Part shown: positions 49,842 to 62,265 of the stretch, piece by piece
How the letters are laid out: the number at the start of each line of letters is the position of its first letter
Numbering within the stretch: the first letter of the stretch is position 1
From: Longimicrobiales bacterium
GTDB lineage: Bacteria; Gemmatimonadota; Gemmatimonadetes; Longimicrobiales; Gaopeijiaceae
DNA length: 64,000 nucleotides
Direction of reading: 5' to 3'
Assembly: GCA_965226375.1 (NCBI GenBank)
Contig: CBDDCX010000007.1
Coordinates: 1 to 64,000 of the forward strand
Notes under the pieces: model-generated
Told to the model about the DNA's origin: nothing
Database searches by the model: none
What the model saw: only the letters and a program-made list of their open reading frames with translations
Made by a program: the position numbers and the translations under genes

Positions 49842-51559
49842 ACGTCCAAGCCTGGACCTTCATCCTCGTAGGACTCTCCTTTGCCCTCTATATCGCGGTG
49901 GCCATCTGGTCGCGCGCACACTCCACCAAGGAGTTCTACGTAGCCGGCACCAGTGTCTCACCCCTGGCCAACGGCATGGCCACCGCCGCCGACTGGATGT
50001 CTGCCGCGTCGTTCATTTCGATGGCCGGCCTCATCTCGTTTCGCGGATACGACGGCTCGGTCTATCTCATGGGATGGACCGGCGGGTACGTGCTCTTGGC
50101 CCTTCTGCTGGCTCCCTACCTCCGAAAGTTTGGCGCCTACACAGTGCCCGACTTCGTGGGTGACCGTTACTACTCCCAAACGGCCCGCATCGTGGCGGTC
50201 GTGTGCGCCATCTTCGTGTCATTCACCTACGTGGCCGGCCAGATGAGAGGTGTCGGGATCGTCTTTGGGCGGTTCCTCGAGGTCCCGGTGGAGATCGGCG
50301 TGATGATCGGCATGGGCATCGTGCTCTTCTACGCCGTGCTCGGAGGGATGAAGGGCATCACCTACACGCAGGTGGCTCAATACTGTGTGTTGATCTTCGC
50401 GTACCTGGTCCCGGCGATCTTCCTGTCCCTCCTCATCACGGGCCACGCGATCCCGCAGTTGGGCTTCGGCGGAGTGGACCAGGCGAGCGGGACCTTCTTG
50501 CTCGATCGACTGAACGGCCTCCATGACGAGCTGGGTTTCGCTCCTTATACGTCCGGAGCCAAGTCCACCATCGACGTGTTCGCCATCACGGCCGCCCTCA
50601 TGGCGGGGACGGCCGGGCTTCCGCACGTCATGGTTCGTTTCTACACGGTACCCAAGGTTCGAGACGCACGTCTCAGCGTGGGGTGGGCGCTGGTCTTCAT
50701 CGCCATCCTCTATACGGCGGCGCCCGCCGTGGCCGTATTCGCACGCGCCAATCTGCTGAACACCGTCTCGGAGCAACCGTACCAGGCGATGCCGGACTGG
50801 TTCTCCAAGTGGGAGGACACCGGCCTCATCACCTTCGACGACAAGAACGGCGACGGGCTCATCCAGTTCGTGGGACCAAACGCAGTCGACGCCGGTGGAA
50901 CCGCCGTCGAAAACGAGCTCACCATCGATCAGGACATCATAGTCCTGGCCAATCCGGAGATCTCGGGCCTTCCGAATTGGGTGATCGGGCTCGTGGCTGC
51001 GGGTGGATTGGCCGCCGCCCTTTCCACCGCGGCGGGGCTTCTCCTGGTGGTCTCTTCTGCCGTGAGCCACGACCTGCTCAAGCGAGGATTCAAACCTGAC
51101 ATCACTGAACGGGGCGAGCTCATCGCCGCACGCGTGAGCGCCGCGGCCGCCGTTCTCGTGGCCGGCTATCTCGGCATCAACCCGCCCGGCTTCGTCGCGG
51201 AGGTGGTGGCGTTCGCCTTCGGGCTCGCGGCGGCATCGTTCTTCCCGGCGTTCATCTTGGGGATCTTCTCCAAACGCATGAACAGGGAGGGGGCCGTGCT
51301 CGGGATGATCTGCGGCATCTCCCTGACGGCCGGCTACATCGTCTACTTCAAGTTCGTGAACCCCGCCGACAACACGGCCGAGCACTGGTGGCTCGGGATC
51401 TCGCCCGAAGGGATCGGTACCGTGGGTATGCTCGTCAACTTCGCCGTGGCATTGACCGTCTCCCGCTTTACGCCCCCACCCCCGGCCAAGATCGCACATC
51501 TGGTCGACATGATCCGTGTGCCCAAAGGCGCAGGCGAGGCGCACGAGATCAGCGCGTAA
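49838..51559 (+). CDS. Sodium:solute symporter (ActP-like cation/acetate type)
   Basis: NGMATAADWMSAASF, GGMKGITYTQVAQY, GTAGLPH, AAALSTAAGLLL. Confidence 0.93.
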   Translation: MNVQAWTFILVGLSFALYIAVAIWSRAHSTKEFYVAGTSVSPLANGMATAADWMSAASFISMAGLISFRGYDGSVYLMGWTGGYVLLALLLAPYLRKFGAYTVPDFVGDRYYSQTARIVAVVCAIFVSFTYVAGQMRGVGIVFGRFLEVPVEIGVMIGMGIVLFYAVLGGMKGITYTQVAQYCVLIFAYLVPAIFLSLLITGHAIPQLGFGGVDQASGTFLLDRLNGLHDELGFAPYTSGAKSTIDVFAITAALMAGTAGLPHVMVRFYTVPKVRDARLSVGWALVFIAILYTAAPAVAVFARANLLNTVSEQPYQAMPDWFSKWEDTGLITFDDKNGDGLIQFVGPNAVDAGGTAVENELTIDQDIIVLANPEISGLPNWVIGLVAAGGLAAALSTAAGLLLVVSSAVSHDLLKRGFKPDITERGELIAARVSAAAAVLVAGYLGINPPGFVAEVVAFAFGLAAASFFPAFILGIFSKRMNREGAVLGMICGISLTAGYIVYFKFVNPADNTAEHWWLGISPEGIGTVGMLVNFAVALTVSRFTPPPPAKIAHLVDMIRVPKGAGEAHEISA

Positions 51560-51730
51560 GCACGGGCATCCGCCAGGTGGTTCTCGGCAGGACTGGCGAC
51601 TGGGTGCTCCGAGCCACTCCGCAGCCCATATTGGTTGAATGGCCGGCGCAAAGATGCAACTGCAATGCGGTTGGCCTGCTGAAGACGAGAAGAGGCTGCC
51701 TAAGGCGCAACACACCAGGAGTGGACCAGA

Positions 51731-52039
51731 ATGGACGACGAGACCGCGGGAACCGAGCGTCAAATCAGTGGAGACGCCGGAGGCAAGAAAGAGGAGCACA
51801 AGGTCAGCGGCGACAAGGTGATCGGTAAGATCAAGGAGCTGATCCACCAAGGGAACGTGCGCCGGATCATCATCAAGAACGAGGAGGGAAGGTCCCTGAT
51901 CGAGATACCCCTATCCGTCGGCGTCGTGGGTGCCGTACTGGCTCCCATGTGGGCGGCGATAGGAGCCGTCGCCGCTCTGGTCACGAGCTGCTCGATCGAG
52001 GTGGAGAGGGAGCCGGATTCGGAGGACGCCGAGGAGTAG
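51731..52039 (+). CDS. DUF4342-family protein
   Basis: KIKELIHQGNVRRIIIK...IEIPLSVGVVG. Confidence 0.88.
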   Translation: MDDETAGTERQISGDAGGKKEEHKVSGDKVIGKIKELIHQGNVRRIIIKNEEGRSLIEIPLSVGVVGAVLAPMWAAIGAVAALVTSCSIEVEREPDSEDAEE

Positions 52040-52080
52040 AACCCGCGGTTCGACCGAGGCGGGAGTGTTTTGTGAGGGTA

Positions 52081-52115
52081 TTGACAAAATATTATGTCGC
52101 GACAATATTATCTGA
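52081..52115 (+). promoter_or_regulatory. Sigma70-like promoter with overlapping palindromic operator
   Basis: TTGACA at 52081; AT-rich; GACAAAATATTATGTC and TGTCGCGACA dyads. Confidence 0.65.
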
Positions 52116-52151
52116 CGCCACGCACCATTAAGGTTTCAGAGAGAAGAGTCC

Positions 52152-52769
52152 ATGCAGGAAGCCGTCGCCCTCATCGACCGGACCGACTCGGCCGCAGCCC
52201 TCCTCAGTCCGGTTCGGATCCGAATCCTGGAGCTCCTTCGCGAACCGGCATCCGCCGCCGCCGTCGCACGCGAATTGGATGTTCCCCGACAACGGGTGAA
52301 CTACCACGTGAAGGAGCTGGAACGATCAGGCCTCCTTCGGCCGGTCGGGGAGCGTCGTAAGGGCAACCTTGTCGAGAAGCTCGTCCAGGCCACGGCGCGC
52401 TACTATCTGATCGCTCCCCAGGCGCTCGGAGATCTGGGCCCCACCCTGGACCGCGCACAAGATCGGCTCTCGAGCGCCTATCTGATCGGCATGGTGTCCG
52501 AGGCGATCCGAGACGTCGCGACGCTCCGTGAACGTGCGTCGCAGGCCGGAAAGAAGCTCGCCACGTTTTCCCTGGACGCGGAAGTCCGCTTTGCGGACGC
52601 GGTCGCCCAGAACGCCTTCGCGGAGGAACTGGCCACGTGTCTGGCGCACCTTGCCCAGAAGTACGACGACCGAGACGCCCACGGAGGACGGCGCTTTCGC
52701 TTCTTGCTCGCCGGCTACCCGGCGGTCGGGCCCGGCATCCCCCAAGACGCACAACTTTCCGAGGATTAG
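52152..52769 (+). CDS. ArsR-like wHTH transcriptional regulator
   Basis: PVRIRILELLREPASAAAVARELDVPRQRVNYHVKELE. Confidence 0.9.
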   Translation: MQEAVALIDRTDSAAALLSPVRIRILELLREPASAAAVARELDVPRQRVNYHVKELERSGLLRPVGERRKGNLVEKLVQATARYYLIAPQALGDLGPTLDRAQDRLSSAYLIGMVSEAIRDVATLRERASQAGKKLATFSLDAEVRFADAVAQNAFAEELATCLAHLAQKYDDRDAHGGRRFRFLLAGYPAVGPGIPQDAQLSED

Positions 52770-52773
52770 CACG

Positions 52774-53409
52774 ATGATGACCCACACCCGTCAAGCACCC
52801 CGAGCGCTCGCGATCCTACCCGCCCTGCTCCTCTTGGCCATGCCTGCGGCAGCGGCCCAGGTGGATCTCCCCGAGGGGATGACCCGTGCCGAGATGGCCG
52901 ACATTCAGCGTCGACTGGCCGTGGCCGCACAGCCGGGGGAGGAACACGCGCTCATGGCGACCCTCGCCGGCGAGTGGGATCAGGTGCTGAGACTGACCCC
53001 CGCACCCGGAGCCGAGGTCATGACAATGGAGGGAATCGCCACCAGCGTGATGGTCTTGGGAGGGCGTTTCCTCCAGACCGAGTCGACCCTGCACCTTCCC
53101 GGAGTCGAGGGTGGCAGCCTGTCACTGCTGGGTTTCGACCGGAGATCCGACGAGTTCAACACAGTGGGAATGGACACCGAGGGCACCTACTGGGTGACCG
53201 CTACGGGCACGTACGACGAGGAGGCCCGGATCATCACCATGTCGGGTGAGGACTACGATCCCATCTTCGGCCATCTCCAGGAATACGAGTTTCGTATGCG
53301 CCTCGTGGACGACGACATCTACGTCACGGAGATCTGGTTCAAGGACGCCGTCCATACCCGAGGCGGGCCCCCCTTCATGATGATCGAGATCACGTCGACG
53401 CGGCGCTGA
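52774..53409 (+). CDS. Exported DUF1579-family protein
   Basis: Signal peptide; PGEEHALM...LAGEW, LGGRFL, LGFD...MDT. Confidence 0.8.
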   Translation: MMTHTRQAPRALAILPALLLLAMPAAAAQVDLPEGMTRAEMADIQRRLAVAAQPGEEHALMATLAGEWDQVLRLTPAPGAEVMTMEGIATSVMVLGGRFLQTESTLHLPGVEGGSLSLLGFDRRSDEFNTVGMDTEGTYWVTATGTYDEEARIITMSGEDYDPIFGHLQEYEFRMRLVDDDIYVTEIWFKDAVHTRGGPPFMMIEITSTRR

Positions 53410-53436
53410 CGCTCCAAGACCGAGGAATCCAGAACG

Positions 53437-54345
53437 ATGAGCGACCCGACGGAGAAGCAAAGCACCCGTTCCATCGAGCTAGAGATCGAGATCGAAGCCA
53501 CGCCCGATGCCGTGTGGAAGGCACTCTCCGAAGGCGAAGAGGTGCGTCGTTGGTTCTCACCGGAGGCACGGGTGACCCCCGGGGTCGGAGGCTCCATCTG
53601 GCTCTCGTGGGGAGAGGGAGTCGCGGGCGAGGGAGCCATCGACATCTGGGAGCCCGGACGACGCATTCGCTGGATCGAATCGTGGGGCTCGGCCGGCGAC
53701 GCGGACGGAGACGGAGACGAGACGAACTCCGCGGCGACCACCGACGCGGCCGGAGGTGAGCCGACCTCCGAAGAGACCGACGTGTCGGCCGAATCATCCC
53801 CCATCATTCAGACCGCCGTCGACTTCCACATCGAGACCCGTGGAGGATCCACGGTCGTCCGTCTCGTGCACTCGGGCTTCTCCGCTTCGGCCGACTGGGA
53901 CGAATACTACGACGCCACCGTGGCCGGTTGGACGTATTTCTTGTGGAACCTGGCCTTTTATGTCGAGCGGCACTTCGGCACGCCCCGGACCATGGTGTCC
54001 GAACGCCGGAGCACGACCCGTGGTTTCGAGGACGTATGGAACGAGCTTCTGGGATCGTCCGGCCTTGCCCTAGAAGGACTCGAGGGACTGACCGCCGGTG
54101 ATCGCCTGACCGTCACGCTCGGCGATCGGACGTTGGTGGGTGACGTGAAGTACGTACGCCATCCTCGCAACCTGGCAGGAACGTTGAAGGAACTGAACGA
54201 CGGACTCCTCTTCGTGGAGATGGAGCCGAGCGGCGGCGAGACCTGGAGTTGTGGTGTGTGGATTTCCGCCTACGGCGTGGCTGAAGCGGAGACGACAGCC
54301 CTTCAGGCCCAACTGACCGCGCTTGTAGATCGGGTGTTCAGTTGA
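53437..54345 (+). CDS. SRPBCC/AHSA1-domain protein
   Basis: IEIEATPDAVWKAL...RRWF, TVVRLVHSGF, GW...LWNL. Confidence 0.88.
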   Translation: MSDPTEKQSTRSIELEIEIEATPDAVWKALSEGEEVRRWFSPEARVTPGVGGSIWLSWGEGVAGEGAIDIWEPGRRIRWIESWGSAGDADGDGDETNSAATTDAAGGEPTSEETDVSAESSPIIQTAVDFHIETRGGSTVVRLVHSGFSASADWDEYYDATVAGWTYFLWNLAFYVERHFGTPRTMVSERRSTTRGFEDVWNELLGSSGLALEGLEGLTAGDRLTVTLGDRTLVGDVKYVRHPRNLAGTLKELNDGLLFVEMEPSGGETWSCGVWISAYGVAEAETTALQAQLTALVDRVFS

Positions 54346-54376
54346 CATACGGGCTCCGGTACAGCATACCCACGGG

Positions 54377-55822
54377 ATGTCGGAGCCCAATACTGACCAC
54401 GCCACGTTCGACCTCGCCCCGGATGATTTCGCTCGGTTGGGAAAGCGCCTCACCGAGCTGATGCTCGAGGCCTTCGCGGCCGAACGCTCCGATCCCGTAC
54501 TCCAGCCGATCTCGGGCCCCGAGCTTCGAGCCCTGTTGGACGAGCCCCTGCCCCAGCAGGGCTCCACGCCGGACGACATCATGTCGCAGTGGCAAGACCA
54601 CGTGCTCCCCTACTGCCGCCGCAACGGTCACCCCCGTTTCTTCGGCTACGTCTGCACCACGGCTGACCCCATGGGGGTCCTGGCCGACGCGATGGCTTCA
54701 GCTCTGAACCAACCCGTCACGGCCTGGCGCTCGGCGCCCGCAGCGACGGAGATCGAGCGGCTCGCGGTGCGGTGGCTCGACGCGCTCGTGGGCTTCGGGG
54801 GTGAGGGTAGCGGGCTGCTCGTGAGCGGTGGTTCGTCCGCAAATTTTCAGGGGATGGCATGTGCGGTGACGCGCGCCGAGAAACGGGCGGGGCTGCCGGC
54901 AGGGTCGAGGCATCGACTTGCCATCTACCTGTCCAAGGAGGGGCACGTATCGATGCGGAAGGCGGCCCAACTCCTGGGCTTGCCTCCGGGCCAAGTCCAT
55001 CTTCTCGGCATCGATGCTCAGCGTCGGGTGCGCCCCGACGATCTCCGACGTGCCTTGGAAGCGGATCTGGCGGACGGCCTCGTCCCGGCCATGGTCGGCG
55101 TGTCCGCCGGAACGGCGAACACCGGGGCCATCGACCCCCTGGACGACGCAGCGGATATCGCCGAAGAGTATGGGGTGTGGCTCCACATAGACGGAAGCTA
55201 CGGGGCTCCCGCGGTCATTACCGAGGAATACGCCTGGATGGCCCGCGCCTTCTCGAGGGCCGACTCCATGTCGCTGGATCCGCACAAATGGCTCTTCGCG
55301 CCGACGGATGCCGGCTGCATCCTGATTCGGGACGACGAAGACGCCAAGAGGGCCTTTACCCTCTTCAGCGAGTATACGGAGATCACCCAGACGGATCCCA
55401 TCGAACGTTATGCCCTCTTCGATCGAGGCTTGGAGATGTCGCGCCGGTTTCGGGGCCTGAAGGTCTGGACGATCTTGAAGGCCCGTGGAGTCGAAGGGCT
55501 TCGCGGAGCCATCACCCACGACATCGCCCTCCGACGGCATCTGGACCGGAGGGTCGCGGATCACCCCCGCCTCGAATCCCTGGGCTCCGAACTGAGCATC
55601 GCGTGCTTTCGTTATGTGCCCGAGCGAGCCGAGAGCGAGGAGGCCGTCGACGAAGTCAACCGGAAGATCCTGGAGACACTCGTGAGCGAAGGTCGTTGCT
55701 ATATGTCTCCTACCACCTTGGAGGGGCGTTACTCTCTTCGCGCCTGCATTGTGAGCTTCCGCACCCAGGTGAGCGACGTGGACTTCCTGGTGGATGAAGT
55801 GCTGCGGGTCGGGGACAGCTGA
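54377..55822 (+). CDS. PLP-dependent group II amino-acid decarboxylase
   Basis: HPRFFGY, SGGSSAN, GAIDPL, WLHIDGSYG, LDPHKW. Confidence 0.93.
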   Translation: MSEPNTDHATFDLAPDDFARLGKRLTELMLEAFAAERSDPVLQPISGPELRALLDEPLPQQGSTPDDIMSQWQDHVLPYCRRNGHPRFFGYVCTTADPMGVLADAMASALNQPVTAWRSAPAATEIERLAVRWLDALVGFGGEGSGLLVSGGSSANFQGMACAVTRAEKRAGLPAGSRHRLAIYLSKEGHVSMRKAAQLLGLPPGQVHLLGIDAQRRVRPDDLRRALEADLADGLVPAMVGVSAGTANTGAIDPLDDAADIAEEYGVWLHIDGSYGAPAVITEEYAWMARAFSRADSMSLDPHKWLFAPTDAGCILIRDDEDAKRAFTLFSEYTEITQTDPIERYALFDRGLEMSRRFRGLKVWTILKARGVEGLRGAITHDIALRRHLDRRVADHPRLESLGSELSIACFRYVPERAESEEAVDEVNRKILETLVSEGRCYMSPTTLEGRYSLRACIVSFRTQVSDVDFLVDEVLRVGDS

Positions 55823-55826
55823 GAAG

Positions 55827-58242
<2,416 letters not shown>

Positions 58243-58265
<23 letters not shown>

Positions 58266-58318
58266 TGCGGGCTGCGCGATTCGATCCGGTGAGGCCACTC
58301 CACGGAGAGGGTCGGTAG
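58243..58318 (+). repeat. 23-bp direct repeat duplicating the permease 3' end
   Basis: CACTCCAGGGAGAGGGTCGGTAG (58243-58265) and CACTCCACGGAGAGGGTCGGTAG (58296-58318), one mismatch. Confidence 0.85.
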
Positions 58319-58324
58319 GGACGG

Positions 58325-58987
58325 ATGGCCGACGTCGCCGAGCCCGAGAGTCCCGAGACAGAGGGCGCCGAGCCCAAGCTTCGTTGGTGGGCCAAGGGCC
58401 TTCTTTTCGAGAATTGCAACTGCCAGGTGGTGTGCCCGGGGCACATGCACTTCTCCAACAACTGCACCCACGAACGCTGCATCGGCTACTGGGCCCTGCG
58501 GGTGGACGAAGGCACATACGGAGCGGTCGACCTCGCCGGATTGTGTGCCGTTATCGCCTACGATTGTCCTCAACACATGATCTCGGGCGGTTGGACCGAG
58601 GTGCTCATCGTGGACGCCGCCGCTTCCAGTGAGCAGCGCGCCGCGGCCGTGGCCATCCTGACCGGCCAAGCGGGGGGGCCCTGGGAGGTCCTCGACCGAT
58701 TCGTGGAGCGAAGGCTCCCTACCCGCTCGCTCCCGATCGACATCGCCGACGAGGGCGCCGTAAAGCGAGTTGCCATCGAAGGACTCATGGAGGCCACGGT
58801 CGAGAACATCCGGGGGAGGGACCTGGATCAGCCGGTCACGTTCGAGAACATCTTCAATCAGATCCACGATTCCACCCAGGTGATCGCCACGGGCAACACC
58901 ACCTACGACGACGGTGAAATCGTCATCACGAACGAGGGCTCCCACGCCCTCTACTCCGACTTCGACTGGGCCGTGGACGGGGCGTGA
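58325..58987 (+). CDS. DUF1326-family protein
   Basis: ENCNCQVVCPG, C...W...G.YG.VDL, ILTGQAGG. Confidence 0.88.
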   Translation: MADVAEPESPETEGAEPKLRWWAKGLLFENCNCQVVCPGHMHFSNNCTHERCIGYWALRVDEGTYGAVDLAGLCAVIAYDCPQHMISGGWTEVLIVDAAASSEQRAAAVAILTGQAGGPWEVLDRFVERRLPTRSLPIDIADEGAVKRVAIEGLMEATVENIRGRDLDQPVTFENIFNQIHDSTQVIATGNTTYDDGEIVITNEGSHALYSDFDWAVDGA

Positions 58988-59667
58988 TCGAGATGGACCT
59001 CATCCCGGCGGACATCTTCCCACACCGCGCAGGCTTCTTAGCCACGACCGCCATGTGGATGCTCATGATGGTGGTCATGATGCTCCCGGGCGTGCTTCCA
59101 TGGCTCGCCGGCTTCGCCGCATTGTCACGCGACCGGGCGTCCGGCTCCATGCGACGTACTTGGGTGGCACTGTTCGGCCTCGGGTACTTCACCACGTGGT
59201 CGGCTTTCAGCGTTGTCGGGGCTTCGCTCCAGATGGGCCTACGATCGTGGGGGCTCCTGGGGGGGTCGGACCTGGCGGGATCGGCCTTCGGCGCGCCAGC
59301 GGCGGCGGCAGCGTTGGGCGGGCCGTTAGCCGGCATCGTGCTCGTGGGGGCCGGACTCTATCAGGTGACACCTTCGAAGGCCGCTTGCCTCGAGCATTGC
59401 CGAACCCCGCTGAGCTTCTTCCTTTCGCGCTGGAGAAACGGCCCTGTCGGAGCGTTCCGTATGGGCGTTTCCCATGGGGCCTACTGTGTGGGCTGCTGCT
59501 GGGCACTCATGCTGACCGGCTTCGCTCTCGGGGTGATGAATCTCGTGTGGATGGCGGTACTCACGGTCGTGATCGCCGTGGAGACTCTCGCACCCCGAGG
59601 TGACCAGATCGGTAGGGTCGCGGGGACGGCACTCGTGGTATGGGGATTGATCCTCCTGATATCTTAG
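58984..59667 (+). CDS. DUF2182-family predicted metal-binding membrane protein
   Basis: WMLMMVVMMLP, YQVTPSKAACLEHCRTP, YCVGCCWALM, GVMNLVWMA. Confidence 0.9.
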   Translation: MIEMDLIPADIFPHRAGFLATTAMWMLMMVVMMLPGVLPWLAGFAALSRDRASGSMRRTWVALFGLGYFTTWSAFSVVGASLQMGLRSWGLLGGSDLAGSAFGAPAAAAALGGPLAGIVLVGAGLYQVTPSKAACLEHCRTPLSFFLSRWRNGPVGAFRMGVSHGAYCVGCCWALMLTGFALGVMNLVWMAVLTVVIAVETLAPRGDQIGRVAGTALVVWGLILLIS

Positions 59668-59766
59668 GGCCGCCGCCTGGACGGTCGCGGAGCGCGTCGC
59701 TGAGCATCCGAGAAGTCGCTCACTCGCTTCGGGACATCAAACTCGAACTCGCCCTGATCCCCGAAC

Positions 59767-61515
59767 ATGTCAAAGAAGCCCAAGGTCACCGGAGCCAGCC
59801 TCCGCAACGCGTTTCATGAGATCATCTGGCCCCGCCGGAAGCTCATCGCCTTCGGTATCTTTCTCATTCTGCTCAACCGGCTGAGTGGGCTCGTCCTGCC
59901 GGCCTCCACCAAGTACCTCATCGACGACGTACTCGGGCAAGGGCAGGTCGATCTCCTCTTCAAGCTCATGGGCATACTGGCCGTGGCCATAGGTGTCCAG
60001 GCGGGGTCGGCGTTCCTCCTCACACTGTTACTCAGCGTCGAAGCCCAGCATCTCATTGCGAACCTTCGTGCTCAGGTGCAGAAGCACGTACTCGACCTGC
60101 CGATCCGGACGTTCGACAACTCGAAGACCGGAGAGCTCGTGTCGAGGATCATGGACGACGTCGAGGGCGTGCGAAACCTGGTCGGTACCGGACTCGTGCA
60201 GTTGGTAGGTGGCACGGTCACGGTGGTGGTCGCCCTTACCTTCCTGTTGCGCATCGACATGGTCATGACACTGCTGGCCCTGGTCCCGTTGGCGCTCTTC
60301 GGGATCGTAGCGACCAAAGCCTTCAAGACGCTGCGGCCGGCGTTCCGCGAACGTGGAGAGATCCGGGCCGAAGTCACCGGGCGCCTTACCGAAGCCCTAG
60401 GCGGGATCAGGGTCATCAAGGGCTTCCACGCCGTCGAGAAGGAAGGCGAGATCTTCGAAGCCGGTGTGCTCCGCATCTTCGAGAATGTGAAGACCACACT
60501 TAAAACGTCGAGCACCGTCACCAGCCTGGGGACATTTTTCATCGGGCTGGCGAGTGTCATGCTTCTGGGGTACGGCGGCCGACTGATCCTCCAAGACTCA
60601 CTCACACTTGGAGAGCTCTTTTCCTTCACGCTCTTCATGGGCTTCCTGGTGGGCCCCATCGTTCAAATGTCCAACATCGGGACCCAGATGACGGAGGCGT
60701 TCGCGGGGCTCGACCGTACGGCTGAACTGCTCTCCTGGCCCCGGGAAGACGACGACCCTGCTCGGACGCACATCATGCCCCCGATCGAGGGCCACGTGAT
60801 CTTCGAAGACGTGTGCTTCGCATACGATGAGGACAAACCGGTCCTCAGGGGCATCAGCTTCGACGCGGAGCCCGGGACCGTCATCGCCTTGGTCGGCAGC
60901 TCGGGCTCGGGGAAGTCCACCCTGGCCGGCCTAGCCGCCACGTTCCTCACGCCCGACACCGGCCGGGTGTTGGTCGACGGGATCGACCTGGCCACGGTCA
61001 ACCTCGCCAGCTACCGCGAGCAGCTCGGTCTGGTGCTACAGGACGACTTCCTGTTCGACGGGACCATCCGAGAGAACCTCCTCTTCGCACGCGCGAACGC
61101 CCCGGACACCGACCTGCAAGGGGCTGCGGAGCAAGCACATGTGACCGAGTTCACCGATCGCTTTCCGGAGGGTCTCGATACCGTGATCGGCGAGCGGGGG
61201 GTGAAGCTCTCCGGGGGTCAACGCCAGAGGGTGACCATCGCCCGGGCGATACTGTCGAACCCGCGGATCCTCCTACTGGACGAGGCCACGTCGAGCCTCG
61301 ATACCGAGAGCGAGGCACTCATCCAGGAGAGCCTGGCTCAACTGCTCCAGGGCAGGACCACCGTCGTCATCGCCCACCGCCTCTCGACCATTCAGCGGGC
61401 CGATATGATTCTGGTCGTCGAGGATGGGCAGATCGTGGAGCGAGGACGCCACGAGGAGCTGATCGCCGTGGACGGGCGCTATCACCAGCTATACACGCTG
61501 CAGGCGAGGATTTAG
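59767..61515 (+). CDS. ABC exporter, fused permease/ATPase
   Basis: N-terminal TM domain; GSSGSGKST, LSGGQRQR, LLLDEATSSLD, IAHRLST. Confidence 0.95.
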   Translation: MSKKPKVTGASLRNAFHEIIWPRRKLIAFGIFLILLNRLSGLVLPASTKYLIDDVLGQGQVDLLFKLMGILAVAIGVQAGSAFLLTLLLSVEAQHLIANLRAQVQKHVLDLPIRTFDNSKTGELVSRIMDDVEGVRNLVGTGLVQLVGGTVTVVVALTFLLRIDMVMTLLALVPLALFGIVATKAFKTLRPAFRERGEIRAEVTGRLTEALGGIRVIKGFHAVEKEGEIFEAGVLRIFENVKTTLKTSSTVTSLGTFFIGLASVMLLGYGGRLILQDSLTLGELFSFTLFMGFLVGPIVQMSNIGTQMTEAFAGLDRTAELLSWPREDDDPARTHIMPPIEGHVIFEDVCFAYDEDKPVLRGISFDAEPGTVIALVGSSGSGKSTLAGLAATFLTPDTGRVLVDGIDLATVNLASYREQLGLVLQDDFLFDGTIRENLLFARANAPDTDLQGAAEQAHVTEFTDRFPEGLDTVIGERGVKLSGGQRQRVTIARAILSNPRILLLDEATSSLDTESEALIQESLAQLLQGRTTVVIAHRLSTIQRADMILVVEDGQIVERGRHEELIAVDGRYHQLYTLQARI

Positions 61516-61590
61516 GGAACATCACAGGGGATCGCAGCCGCGGTCTACCCCGCCCGCCAGATCCGGTGCGGATCTCATCTGAGGCGCGGT

Positions 61591-62115
61591 TTACTCCAAA
61601 CGACGTAGGGTAGTCACCCGAGTCTCGTCCGAGACCTCACGAATCACCCGCACTCGGTCTTCCGCGAACTCGAGCCGGTACTCGTACGTAGCCTCACCGC
61701 TCATGGTGTTCGGACTCTTGGCGATATCGATTCTGATCACCAGGCGGTCGCCCACCACCTCGTAGGGACCGCCGTGGGCGTGGAAGACGTCGAATGCGGC
61801 GAGACGCTCCAGTTCAGTGGTGGTGTCCGTGAAGTCGGGTCGCGGCCCCGATTCGCGGATCTCCTGCACGCCATAGTAGCGCTCGGTAAATACATAGCGC
61901 TCCACTTCGGGGTTGCGGTTCACCCATGACAAGTCGCCCCTTTGGTAGGAGCGCTCGATGACCTCCCAGGCGCCGGTGAGGGGGGTGGGCGGGTTGGGGG
62001 CGAAGGCGTTGGGGGCGACGGCCGTTCGTTCACCTCCGACGGTGGACATCGGTGATCGTGTCGCGAAACTCCCAACGAAGGTCAAAGCCAGTAGGGTCAC
62101 TGCACGGATCATCAT
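61591..62115 (-). CDS. Exported hypothetical protein (lipocalin-like)
   Basis: GGAG RBS, signal peptide, LTGAWEV, AHGGPYEV, terminal LRRLE. Confidence 0.65.
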   Translation of the reverse strand: MMIRAVTLLALTFVGSFATRSPMSTVGGERTAVAPNAFAPNPPTPLTGAWEVIERSYQRGDLSWVNRNPEVERYVFTERYYGVQEIRESGPRPDFTDTTTELERLAAFDVFHAHGGPYEVVGDRLVIRIDIAKSPNTMSGEATYEYRLEFAEDRVRVIREVSDETRVTTLRRLE

Positions 62116-62265
62116 GTGGATCTCCTGGGCCGGTTGGAACGTGCCGGAGAGTAGCATGGGATGGGACGGGTGAACGAACCAGTCCCATCCAGCTATGGAC
62201 AGCTTTGACGGGGACGCAGCCATGAGGGTCCGGGAGCACCCCTGAATCGGCCCGGCAACGGGCTC

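Noticed and set aside
50219..51850. Long antisense ORFs (543 aa here; also 13469-14530, 54698-56068 and others)
   Set aside because: Shadow frames of well-supported genes in high-GC DNA, with no motifs of their own
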